DNA from: Candidatus Harrisonbacteria bacterium
Lineage (GTDB): Bacteria > Patescibacteriota > Minisyncoccia > UBA6257 > WO2-44-18
Assembly: GCA_016182295.1 (NCBI GenBank)
Contig: JACOXP010000008.1
Location: 1-47,663 of the forward strand
Direction of reading: 5' to 3'
Length of the DNA stretch: 47,663 nucleotides
Made by a program: the position numbers and the translations under genes. Below, piece after piece: positions 25,673-34,183 of this stretch. How positions within the stretch are numbered: position 1 is the stretch's first letter; the number at the start of each line of letters is the position of its first letter. The notes under the pieces are model-generated. The model made no database searches, was not told the DNA's origin, and saw only the letters and a program-made list of their open reading frames with translations.

Positions 25673-26672
25673 AAAAATAAAAGTCGGAATTCTCGGAGCG
25701 ACCGGAATGGTTGGGCAAAAATTCATTACTCTCTTGCAAAGCCATCCATGGTTTGAAATTGCGGTGTTAGCCGCTTCCTCGCGATCGGCCGGTAAACTCT
25801 ACAAAGGAACGAAAATTCTATCAGTAGAAGAAAATTTAGAAGAAATTGCCGAAAAAGTTGATTTGGTTTTTTCCGCCATAGACGCGGAAAAGGAATGGGT
25901 TAAAAAAATTGAAGAAAAATACGCCACCGCCGGTGTGGCGGTGGTTTCCAACAATTCCGCTCATCGCTGGACGAAAGACGTGCCGATGATCATGCCGGAA
26001 ATCAACGCGCATCATTTATCTTTGATTGATGAACAAAGAAAAAGTCGTAGCTGGGCAACCGGTCTCATAATCGTTAAACCAAATTGTTCTTTGCAGTCGT
26101 ATCTTCCTGTTGTTCACGCGCTTCGCGAGTTTGAGCCGAAATTTGTTTCGGTCACTACTCTTCAAGCGATTTCCGGAGCGGGAAAAACTTTTGATTCCTG
26201 GCCGGAGATGATTGATAACTGCATACCCTTCATCGGCGGCGAAGAAGAAAAAACTGAAAAAGAACCGCAAAAGATTTTAGGATCGGCTTGCCCCATAATA
26301 TCGGCTACCTGTATCAGGGTGTCGGTTTCAGACGGACATATGGCGAGTGTTGCTATACAATTCGGTAAAAAGCCCAATATTAAGGCAATTTATGAGGCAA
26401 TTGATAACTTCCAAAATCCGTTAAAAGAATTGGGGCTTCCATCCGCTCCGGAAAAATTCATAAAATATTTTGTCGAAAATGACCGTCCGCAAACCAAGCT
26501 GGACAGAAACTACGCGAACGGTATGGGAATTACTTGCGGCAGATTTCGGGAAACGGCGAACGGCGAATGGCGCTTCGTAGCCCTTTCCCATAACACGGTC
26601 CGCGGCGCCGCCGGCGGCAGCATTCTCAATGCCGAACTTCTTTATAAAAAAGGTTTTTTGAAACATCGATGA
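25665..26672 (+). CDS. asd: Aspartate-semialdehyde dehydrogenase
   Basis: 335 aa. VGILGATGMVGQKF, active-site NCS, SGAG, HNTVRGAAGG. Overlaps thrA by 8 nt. Confidence 0.9.
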   Translation: MDKKIKVGILGATGMVGQKFITLLQSHPWFEIAVLAASSRSAGKLYKGTKILSVEENLEEIAEKVDLVFSAIDAEKEWVKKIEEKYATAGVAVVSNNSAHRWTKDVPMIMPEINAHHLSLIDEQRKSRSWATGLIIVKPNCSLQSYLPVVHALREFEPKFVSVTTLQAISGAGKTFDSWPEMIDNCIPFIGGEEEKTEKEPQKILGSACPIISATCIRVSVSDGHMASVAIQFGKKPNIKAIYEAIDNFQNPLKELGLPSAPEKFIKYFVENDRPQTKLDRNYANGMGITCGRFRETANGEWRFVALSHNTVRGAAGGSILNAELLYKKGFLKHR

Positions 26673-27175
26673 AGGGAATCACTTTAATTGGAATGCCAGG
26701 CGTCGGAAAATCAACAATAGGAAAACTGTTGGCGGAGAAATTAAATTATAAATTTATTGATCTTGATGTTTTAATAAAAGAAAAAACTGGAAAAAGTCAC
26801 GCCGATATCATCAAGGAAAGGGGCGAACGAGAGCTCATTAAATTTGAAGGCGAACTTGCTTGCGGTCTTGATTTAACGGAAACGGTTTTTGCTCCCGGCG
26901 GTAGCATTATCTATTTTTATCCAGCAATGGAAAAACTGGAAAAAGAGACCGCTATTATTTATTTAAGTTTGCCGCTTTCGGAAATTGGGAAACGGCTGGC
27001 CGGCAGATTGGAAACTCGAGGAATTGTCGGTCTTACCCGTTGGGGAATCGAAGGGGTTTTTGTTTCCCGCAGCCCGCTCTATCAACTTTTCGCGCGCCAT
27101 GTTGTAGAATGCCAGGGATTAGATGAAGAAAAGATAGCCGACCGCATTTATGCTTTATTACAGCACCAACCATAA
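26669..27175 (+). CDS. P-loop kinase of the shikimate kinase (AroK/AroL) family, sitting in the position expected for homoserine kinase
   Basis: 168 aa. GMPGVGKSTIGKLLA Walker A, FIDLD, APGGSII, SRSPLY. ATGA overlap with asd and a 26-nt overlap with thrC. Confidence 0.7.
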   Translation: MKGITLIGMPGVGKSTIGKLLAEKLNYKFIDLDVLIKEKTGKSHADIIKERGERELIKFEGELACGLDLTETVFAPGGSIIYFYPAMEKLEKETAIIYLSLPLSEIGKRLAGRLETRGIVGLTRWGIEGVFVSRSPLYQLFARHVVECQGLDEEKIADRIYALLQHQP

Positions 27176-28388
27176 TTCAGATCGAGTGGATTTTAAGACG
27201 GCGCTTTTGCGCGGCTTGGCGCCCGATGGCGGACTTTATATGCCGGAATCGTTTCCGGAGCTTAGGAAAACAAAAGGCGCGAGTCAAAATTTTAGCGAAA
27301 CCCTAGCGCCATTCTTAGATATTCCAAAAACGGAAATCGCCAGAATCGTTGATGAATCCTTCGTTTTCCCGGTGCCTTCAAAAAAACTTTTCGGAGAGAT
27401 ATCAATTTTGGAGCTTTTCCACGGACCAACGCTCTCTTTTAAAGATTTCGGCGCGCGTTTTATGGCGCGAGCAATGAACTATTACTTGCAACGTAAAAAT
27501 GAGCAATTAACCATTATCGTCGCTACTTCTGGAGATACCGGCAGCGCTGTTGCTAGCGGGTTTTACGGTCTTTCCAATATCAGGGTTGTTGTTTTATATC
27601 CATCGAAACGAATTAGCGAATTGCAAGAAAAACAAATATCCACTTTCGGCGGAAATATTGCCGCGGTGGAAGTGGCGGGGGATTTTGACGATTGCCAAAG
27701 ATTAGCCAAGCAAGCGCTTTCCGATGAAAATTTGCGCGAAGAGATAAATTTATCTTCCGCTAATTCCATAAACATCGGACGCTTATTGCCGCAGATGTTT
27801 TATTATTTCAAAGGTTTTCAATCCGGAGCGAGTTTCGTTGTTCCTTCGGGAAATTTCGGTAATCTTACCGCCGGGCTTTTTGCTAAAAAAATCGGACTAC
27901 CGGTCAAGAAATTCATCGCCGCGATAAATGAAAATAGCGTCATTCCAGAATTTTTAGCGACGGGGAAATTAATCGAAAGAAAAACCAGAATGACAATATC
28001 GAACGCGATGGATGTCGGCAAGCCAAGCAATTGGGCGCGCATTACCGATCTTTATCAAGGCGACCGCTTGGCGATGAAAAAAGATCTGGAAGCGATTGCC
28101 ATCAGTGAAGCCGAAACCAAGAAAACTATCAGCGAGGTTTATAAAAATTACGGATATGTCGTCGATCCCCACACTGCCGTCGGCGTCGCCGCCGCTTTTC
28201 GGCAGCCGCCGGGAGAACCGAAAATTGTCTTGGCGACAGCCCATCCCGCGAAGTTTCCGAAAATCGTGGAATCCGCTATCGGCGAAAAAGTGAATATTCC
28301 GAACGCGCTTAACGAGGTCCTAAATAAGGAGAAGCGCAGCGTATTGATAAAGCCGGACTACCCCGCCCTTAAAGAGCTGCTTGCCTAA
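27150..28388 (+). CDS. thrC: Threonine synthase
   Basis: 412 aa. N-terminus LLRGLAPDGGLYMP, PLP-lysine motif PTLSFKDFG, SGDTGSA. Confidence 0.9.
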   Translation: MLYYSTNHNSDRVDFKTALLRGLAPDGGLYMPESFPELRKTKGASQNFSETLAPFLDIPKTEIARIVDESFVFPVPSKKLFGEISILELFHGPTLSFKDFGARFMARAMNYYLQRKNEQLTIIVATSGDTGSAVASGFYGLSNIRVVVLYPSKRISELQEKQISTFGGNIAAVEVAGDFDDCQRLAKQALSDENLREEINLSSANSINIGRLLPQMFYYFKGFQSGASFVVPSGNFGNLTAGLFAKKIGLPVKKFIAAINENSVIPEFLATGKLIERKTRMTISNAMDVGKPSNWARITDLYQGDRLAMKKDLEAIAISEAETKKTISEVYKNYGYVVDPHTAVGVAAAFRQPPGEPKIVLATAHPAKFPKIVESAIGEKVNIPNALNEVLNKEKRSVLIKPDYPALKELLA

Positions 28389-28447
28389 CTTTGTCGGAAG
28401 CTTTAGTATTGCTTCCAGACCTTTGTATAATTAAAGGAGAATCTATT

Positions 28448-29101
28448 ATGGCCGCCACGAAAAAAAGAAAAGGTTTGTTTTTGGTGTTTGAGGGCTGTGA
28501 GGGAGTCGGCAAGACCACCCAAGCTAAGCTTTTACGTGATTGGCTTACAAGCAACGGTTATAAATCAGTTCTTACAAAAGAGCCGGGCGGCGATGAGGGA
28601 ATTTGCAGCGATATCAGAAAAATTTTGTTGAATGAAAAGTACGGAAAAAGCATGGATTATGTTGCCGAGTTTTTGCTTTTTGAATCAGACAGAGCCCAGC
28701 ATGTCGGCAAAATTATCAAACCAGCTTTGGAAATGGGTCACACAGTTATCAGCGACCGATACAGCGCCGGCACTTTCGCTTATCAATGCGTTGCCAGAAA
28801 AGTTTGTGATATTCCGGAATTTCGAACGATTGATAATTTCGCGACTCGCAAGCTAGAACCCAGTCATATTTTTTGGATGGATCTCGATCCGGCCATAGGT
28901 TTGAAACGTAACGTGGCCATAGGAAAACGAGATCGATTCGAAAAAGAAAAACTGTCTTTTCATCAGGCGGTTCGCCGGGGATACGAAGAATATTTTGAAT
29001 ACGTTGCCCCTCGCAATCGCTGGACAAAACTTGACGCTAGCCTGCCGATTGATGAAATTCATTGGAAAATACGTGAAATACTGGAAAAGCGGTTCCTCTA
29101 G
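28448..29101 (+). CDS. tmk: Thymidylate kinase
   Basis: 217 aa from ATG 28448, with AAAGGAG 8 nt upstream. FLVFEGCEGVGKTTQ, DR(Y/F) region SDRYSAGTFAYQ. Confidence 0.9.
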   Translation: MAATKKRKGLFLVFEGCEGVGKTTQAKLLRDWLTSNGYKSVLTKEPGGDEGICSDIRKILLNEKYGKSMDYVAEFLLFESDRAQHVGKIIKPALEMGHTVISDRYSAGTFAYQCVARKVCDIPEFRTIDNFATRKLEPSHIFWMDLDPAIGLKRNVAIGKRDRFEKEKLSFHQAVRRGYEEYFEYVAPRNRWTKLDASLPIDEIHWKIREILEKRFL

Positions 29102-29264
29102 GAACCGCTTTTTTCTATCTTGGAGTATATTTACGACCTCGCTCGAACCTACTTTATCAGAAAATCCTGACGTTGAATAGTGCCGCGCCGCAGGCGCGGC
29201 ACAAAAACCGCAACGGCTCGCGGGCAAAAAATTTCCTCCCCCTCACCCCCTCCATTTTTTGCCC
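29086..29264. repeat. Left arm of a ~180-nt imperfect inverted repeat
   Basis: Reverse complement of 30746-30930. Contents, in order: the tmk terminator hairpin; TTTTTTCTATCTTGGAG; GTATATTTACGACCTCGCTCGAACCTA; the GC hairpin GTGCCGCGCC-GCA-GGCGCGGCAC; and the stem GGGCAAAAAAT/ATTTTTTGCCC around a C-rich loop. Confidence 0.85.
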
Positions 29265-29318
29265 GATAGATAACTTGACATTTGTTTTGAGAAAATATAT
29301 TTGGTATAATTCCATAAT

Positions 29319-30734
29319 ATGAACAATCAAAAAGGTTTTATAAATGTAGTCGTGATTATTATGGTGCTGGTCGTGGTTAGCATTGCTGGTTATTATTTTA
29401 TTGTTTCCAAAAAAGCAATCCAACCACCTATTACAATAACTGAAACGACTCAGGATCTTAACCAACCGACAACTCCAACACCAACTCCAACTCCAACGCC
29501 TACATCACCAGAGACCACATTTACACTCAAGAGCAAATATTTACAAAACGATCCAACGGCTCAAGCGATGGCGTCGGGTAAAATGAATAAATATAATATC
29601 AGAACGTTTTCATCGATTTATGGCGAGAAAGGACCCTATAGCACTGATAATTTTGCGTATAAATTTCTTAGTGCACTAAGAATGTTAGGTTATACACGGG
29701 GTTATAAAACCGTAGGCGGTCAATATATTGCAGAACAATATTTAAATAGAGCTCAGCGGTTCAATAACTTGACATCCTCTCCTTTTATTGACGGGTCTAT
29801 TCTGAAAATCATTGACTCAGAGTTTGCGGAAAGAGAAAATCTTGATAGAAATCTTGCTCTTAACTTTCCACTTTACAATCATCTCGCAGATCATCCCTTA
29901 AATGAACCAACCAGCGAACACGTTACGGCTTTATTGTCAGCGGTTTTCGGTGAACTCCCCGCCAATTTAGCAGTCTGGAGTGAAAAGAATTTTAAGGATT
30001 TTTATATAAGACAATTCGGTCAAAGAATTAAAAACGCTGACAGTCCTGATTATCAAATTTGTGAAAGTGCTATTTACCCCGAATTTGGAATGGATTGTGC
30101 TATAGGAGTATATTTCGGCACTCCTTTAATTAACAAAGTTCCAGCTAATTCGCCCCAAAACGATGATTTTTCATTTGCCTCGCTGGCGCTTCATGAGTAT
30201 GCCCACTATCTAGACCAGAAATTATATAGCCCAGAATCAGGTACATCCAAAGGAGTTATAGACACAGCAGGTTTTTACAATATCTCTTACGATACTTCAG
30301 ATCCGGCCCCTGGAGGTGTACGTGAATTTGCCTATAGGCGTCCACAAAATGTTAAAAATGAATTTGTTTCAAGTTATGCTCAGGGTTGGAAACGTACAGT
30401 AAATGGAAAAGATTATTTTAGTGCCGCTGAAGATTTTGCAGAATCATTTTCATTATATGTAACCGACGGGAAAGTCTTTAGGAAATTGGCTGAATCAAGC
30501 GATGCATTAAGGCAAAAGTACGATTGGTTGAAAATTAATGTTTTCAACGGCCGAGAATATCAAAGTGGCGACATCCAGAGTGTTACTATCCTCAAACAGC
30601 AACCTAATTTGGTAGGAGATGAGCTCGTGAGACAGGCTACAGGCGCTTTCAATGTCGTCGATTATTCTACGTCATTGCCAAATTTTGTTTGGAACTATAA
30701 GTTTCTTAATGGGTCTTTAGTTCCTAAACCTTAA
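29319..30734 (+). CDS. Signal-anchored secreted protein with a TP-repeat linker and a HExxH zinc-metallopeptidase-like domain
   Basis: 471 aa. N-terminal hydrophobic anchor (KGFINVVVIIMVLVVVSIAGYYF), a TPTPTPTPTPT linker, LALHEYAHYLD (HEYAH at 30192-30206) and a downstream AEDFAESFSLYV, which resembles the MtfA/M90-type gluzincin pattern. TGGTATAAT sits 8 nt upstream of the ATG and there is no Shine-Dalgarno sequence. Confidence 0.65.
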   Translation: MNNQKGFINVVVIIMVLVVVSIAGYYFIVSKKAIQPPITITETTQDLNQPTTPTPTPTPTPTSPETTFTLKSKYLQNDPTAQAMASGKMNKYNIRTFSSIYGEKGPYSTDNFAYKFLSALRMLGYTRGYKTVGGQYIAEQYLNRAQRFNNLTSSPFIDGSILKIIDSEFAERENLDRNLALNFPLYNHLADHPLNEPTSEHVTALLSAVFGELPANLAVWSEKNFKDFYIRQFGQRIKNADSPDYQICESAIYPEFGMDCAIGVYFGTPLINKVPANSPQNDDFSFASLALHEYAHYLDQKLYSPESGTSKGVIDTAGFYNISYDTSDPAPGGVREFAYRRPQNVKNEFVSSYAQGWKRTVNGKDYFSAAEDFAESFSLYVTDGKVFRKLAESSDALRQKYDWLKINVFNGREYQSGDIQSVTILKQQPNLVGDELVRQATGAFNVVDYSTSLPNFVWNYKFLNGSLVPKP

Positions 30735-30745
30735 AAAAATCGTTT

Positions 30746-30930
30746 GGGCAAAAAATGGAGGGGTTTTAGGGGAGGAAATTTTTTGCCCGCGAGCCGACGG
30801 GTTTTCCTGCCCGCCCCGCAAAGCGGGGCGGGCACTGGTTTTCGTTAGCAATTTTTGATAAAATAGGTTCGAGCGAGGTCGTAAATATACTCCAAGATAG
30901 AAAAAAGCGGTTCCTAGAGGAACCGCTTTT
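30746..30930. repeat. Right arm of the ~180-nt imperfect inverted repeat
   Basis: Reverse complement of 29086-29264. It has the same blocks, except that the GC hairpin is a different sequence (TGCCCGCCCCGC-AAA-GCGGGGCGGGCA) and the loop of the terminal hairpin is inverted (TAGA versus TCTA). Confidence 0.85.
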
Positions 30931-30938
30931 TTCTATCT

Positions 30939-31013
30939 TGGAGCGGGCGAGGGGAATCGAACCCCCATCTTGACATTGGCAATGTCATATAATAGCCACT
31001 ATACGACGCCCGC
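30939..31013 (-). tRNA. tRNA-Gly (anticodon GCC) with encoded CCA
   Basis: Hand fold: GCGGGCG TC GTAT-AGTGGCTA-TTAT A TGACA-TTGCCAA-TGTCA AGAT GGGGG-TTCGATT-CCCCT CGCCCGC T CCA. Confidence 0.85.
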
Positions 31014-31035
31014 GTTCAAAACTTTCATAAACATT

Positions 31036-31716
31036 TTATAAGTTAATGCCAAATAAATCAATCCATTTAAACACCTTCCGTTTTAGATAACTGTCGCTAA
31101 AACTAACCATGCAAATGCCGTTTTTCAATCTCGTAGTAGGGTGATGACCTCTTATAAATTGAGTTTTGTAAAATTGAATAAGCGGTATATTGGTGACCCG
31201 AGACCAAAAACTAACGCAACGTTGTTCATCGAGATCTGGATAAAGTATCAAACCAATTTTAATTTTAATTTTCTTGATCCGCAATGTTTTGGTGAGAAAG
31301 CGCACATATAAAGCGATCATTCTATGATCCGTATTAGACAATCTTATTACCCATTTACTCTTGTTATCTCCTTCTCCCCAGTAAAGCATAAGGCCCGCAA
31401 CAAACAGCGGGTTTTTTAATAGGTTGGGAAATTCTTTTATTGCTTCGTCGTCCGCAGTTGCATAATACTTGTTCCATTTAACGGCATTAATGGCAACCAG
31501 CTTTCTGATTCTTATTGAAGCTTTCTTGCGATTTTTCTTATCAAGCAATTCTTTTACCTTTTGTGAACCCTTGTCGTTTTTGAACCAACCGGCCAAGGTT
31601 CCCTTAGGAATACCCAAAGCTCTAACTATTTCGTTATAGCTTTTATTTCTCCTTCGTAATTCTACGGCTTTTTCTTTATCTTTCCGCATAAAAAAGAACC
31701 GCTGTGATTTGTACAC
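31036..31716 (-). CDS. HTH + LAGLIDADG-like homing-endonuclease-family protein (free-standing)
   Basis: 226 aa (GTG 31716; alternative ATG at 31689). N-terminal HTH SYNEIVRALGIPKGTLAGWF. FVAGLMLYWGEGDNKS resembles a single LAGLIDADG motif. AT-rich. Confidence 0.55.
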   Translation of the reverse strand: MYKSQRFFFMRKDKEKAVELRRRNKSYNEIVRALGIPKGTLAGWFKNDKGSQKVKELLDKKNRKKASIRIRKLVAINAVKWNKYYATADDEAIKEFPNLLKNPLFVAGLMLYWGEGDNKSKWVIRLSNTDHRMIALYVRFLTKTLRIKKIKIKIGLILYPDLDEQRCVSFWSRVTNIPLIQFYKTQFIRGHHPTTRLKNGICMVSFSDSYLKRKVFKWIDLFGINL

Positions 31717-31757
31717 CTGATGATAGCATAGCCGTTCAGTTTTTACCCGTGAATAAC

Positions 31758-31943
31758 TTACTCGGTAGTTGGCGGCGGGCCGGATGGCCCTTTTACCGAA
31801 GGCGCTGAAGTCGGCCCCTCAAACCCGGGCGCTCCTTGGCTTGGAGATTGGACTGGAATGTTGAAAAGCACATAGCTCGCGACCAATCCAAAAATTACCA
31901 ATAAGACGAAAACTATTTTGAAAAGACCCTTGGCTGTTTTCAT
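31758..31943 (-). CDS. Small membrane-anchored Pro/Gly-rich protein
   Basis: 61 aa. TM helix IVFVLLVIFGLVASYVLF followed by a PSQGAPGFEGPTSAPSVKGPSGPPPTTE tail. Divergent from ftsH. No Shine-Dalgarno sequence seen. Confidence 0.4.
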   Translation of the reverse strand: MKTAKGLFKIVFVLLVIFGLVASYVLFNIPVQSPSQGAPGFEGPTSAPSVKGPSGPPPTTE

Positions 31944-31987
31944 CTTGATTAAGATAATATAATATAGTTATAGTATAACGCAACTGT

Positions 31988-33832
31988 ATGAAAGTTAAAC
32001 AATCTTTTTATTCAAACATAATTTGGGCGGTGCTGGTCTTAATGACGCTCTCGGTGGCCTTTTCCTTTCTACTGGGATCGCAGGAGGAAATTGCCAAATT
32101 GAGTATCAATGACTTAGTCAATAAAATTAACGCCGGCGAAGTGAAGGAAATCATTGTTAATGGAGACGATCTCTCGATTATTCTTACCGATGATAGCAAA
32201 GGAACGGCCAGAAAGGAGAGCGAAGCCGGCTTCACCGAAACTTTAAACAATTTCGGAGTGAGTCAAGCCGCCTTGCAGAACGTCAATTTGATCGTTGAGG
32301 ATGAATCGGGTTTGCGCTTCTGGGCCAGTATTCTTATACCGACCCTTTTGCCTTTAATAATCATTATAGTTTTGTTCCTGTTCATTTTCCGTCGCGCTCA
32401 ATCCGGCGCCAGCCAAGCGTTTACTTTCGGCCGGGCTAATATTCGGCTTTTCACCCATCAGAAAGACAAAGCGACTTTCAAAGACATCGCCGGTCTTAAA
32501 GAGGCCAAGCAAGAACTTGAGGAAGTCGTGGATTTTCTTAAAAATCCTAAAAAGTATATCGAAATTGGAGCTCGTATTCCTCGTGGCGTGCTTTTGATGG
32601 GTCCGCCCGGAACCGGTAAAACCCTGCTTGCCCGCGCCGTTGCCGGAGAAGCTGCCGTGCCGTTTTTCCACATTTCCGCCTCCGAATTCGTGGAAATGTT
32701 TGTTGGAGTGGGCGCCGCCCGCACCCGGGACGCTTTTGCTACCGCCAAGAAAGCCGCTCCCGCGATTTTATTCATTGACGAAATTGACGCCGTTGGTCGG
32801 GAACGGGGAGCCGGAGTAGGCGGCGGCCATGACGAACGTGAGCAAACGCTTAATCAAATTCTCGTCGAGATGGATGGATTTGACCGAGATACGCGCGTGA
32901 TAGTTCTTGCGGCCACCAATCGCCCCGATATTTTGGACAGGGCGCTATTGCGGCCAGGCCGCTTCGATCGCCGCGTGATTCTGGATATGCCGGACATCAA
33001 TGATCGCGAAGAAATCCTAAAAATTCACGCCCGCGGCAAGTTATTGGCCAAAGAAGTGGATCTCCGCAAGGTGGCTATCCGTACGCCAGGTTTTTCTGGC
33101 GCTGATCTTGCTAATTTGATGAACGAGGGGGCGATTTTTTCCGCGCGCCAGAATCACAAACAAATCGGACAGCAAGCGCTCCTTGAATCGATCGAGAAAG
33201 TTATTTTGGGACCAGAGCGAAAGGGACGCACTATTTCCGAAAAAGAAAGAAAAATCACCGCCTATCACGAGGCCGGTCACGCGTTGGTGGCAGCCAGTTT
33301 GAAAGACGCCGATCCGGTTCAAAAGGTTTCCATAATCAGTCGCGGGCCGGCCGGGGGATATACTTTGAAATTGCCGATAGAGGAAATGCGTTTGCGTAGC
33401 CGATCCCAATTTATGACGGAGCTTGCGGCGATGCTTGGCGGTTATGCTTCCGAGAAAGAAATTTTTGGAGATATCAGCACCGGCGCTTCCAATGACATTA
33501 AAGAGGCCTCGGAGTTGGCGCGGCGATTGGTGACTAAATATGGAATGAGCGAAAAGCTTGGCCCGATAACTTTCGGGAAAAATGAAGAGCTGGTATTTTT
33601 GGGCAAGGAAATTTCCGCCGAGAAAAATTATTCGGAAAAAGTGGCCGCTGAAATTGACGAGGAGGTGAACGGATTTATCACCCGGGCTTTTGAAACCGCC
33701 AAAAAAGTAATTTCCGTCCGCAGAAAAGTGTTGGATAAAATAGCGGGGGAGCTTATAAAAAAAGAAACTTTGGAACAAGAAGAATTCAACAATTTGCTTA
33801 AACCTTTCAAATTGAAGCCGCTTACGTTATAA
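31988..33832 (+). CDS. ftsH: ATP-dependent zinc metalloprotease FtsH
   Basis: 614 aa. [29 protein letters not shown], second region of homology [20 protein letters not shown], zinc motif HEAGHAL. Confidence 0.95.
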   Translation: MKVKQSFYSNIIWAVLVLMTLSVAFSFLLGSQEEIAKLSINDLVNKINAGEVKEIIVNGDDLSIILTDDSKGTARKESEAGFTETLNNFGVSQAALQNVNLIVEDESGLRFWASILIPTLLPLIIIIVLFLFIFRRAQSGASQAFTFGRANIRLFTHQKDKATFKDIAGLKEAKQELEEVVDFLKNPKKYIEIGARIPRGVLLMGPPGTGKTLLARAVAGEAAVPFFHISASEFVEMFVGVGAARTRDAFATAKKAAPAILFIDEIDAVGRERGAGVGGGHDEREQTLNQILVEMDGFDRDTRVIVLAATNRPDILDRALLRPGRFDRRVILDMPDINDREEILKIHARGKLLAKEVDLRKVAIRTPGFSGADLANLMNEGAIFSARQNHKQIGQQALLESIEKVILGPERKGRTISEKERKITAYHEAGHALVAASLKDADPVQKVSIISRGPAGGYTLKLPIEEMRLRSRSQFMTELAAMLGGYASEKEIFGDISTGASNDIKEASELARRLVTKYGMSEKLGPITFGKNEELVFLGKEISAEKNYSEKVAAEIDEEVNGFITRAFETAKKVISVRRKVLDKIAGELIKKETLEQEEFNNLLKPFKLKPLTL

Positions 33833-33856
33833 TGCTGGTGTCCGAAGGGACATTAA

Positions 33857-33928
33857 CGGCCTGTAGCTCAGTGGTAGAGCAGTGATCTTATAAGTCACGG
33901 GTCGCAGGTTCGATCCCTGCCAGGCCGA
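33857..33928 (+). tRNA. tRNA-Ile with a genomically encoded UAU anticodon
   Basis: Hand fold: CGGCCTG TA GCTC-AGTGGTA-GAGC A GTGAT-CTTATAA-GTCAC GGGTC GCAGG-TTCGATC-CCTGC CAGGCCG A. The anticodon loop CTTATAA gives TAT at positions 34-36. Confidence 0.8.
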
Positions 33929-33995
33929 CACTTGACAAAAGCCTTTTTATATGGTAACTTAACAATCAGAACACCTTTTATTTGAAGGAGGGTTT

Positions 33996-34163
33996 ATGTT
34001 AAGGGCAAGGGAAGCGGAAGTTCGAATCATGAGAGGGATGAGGGTGATGAGCCCTCGTCAGCTCGAGCAAAAAATCTTGATGGAGCGGCGCTCGGAGCGC
34101 ACCGCAGAAAACGTCAAGCTTCTCCAGAAGGCCGTTCTCGCGGTCCTTCTGAAGATCGCCTGA
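33996..34163 (+). CDS. Small basic protein (55 aa), unannotated in the ORF track
   Basis: Translation MLRAREAEVRIMRGMRVMSPRQLEQKILMERRSERTAENVKLLQKAVLAVLLKIA. GAAGGAGGG lies 5 nt upstream. TTGACA-17nt-TAACTT is at 33932-33960. It has its own terminator at 34184-34218 and is GC-richer than its surroundings. Confidence 0.5.
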   Translation: MLRAREAEVRIMRGMRVMSPRQLEQKILMERRSERTAENVKLLQKAVLAVLLKIA

Positions 34164-34183
34164 AACCCCCTCCCTCCGAACGA

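Noticed and set aside
28853-29465. Minus-strand ORFs 28853-29227 and 29157-29465 across the left inverted-repeat arm
   Set aside because: They are composed of the repeat, terminator and promoter sequence and of the antisense of the tmk end. They have no ribosome-binding site and their translations are implausible.
29470-29505. Short tandem repeat ACTCCAACACCAACTCCAACTCCAACGCC, considered as a CRISPR-like or VNTR element
   Set aside because: It lies inside the cassette gene and simply encodes the TPTPTPTPTPT linker. It has no spacer structure. No CRISPR array is visible anywhere in the window.
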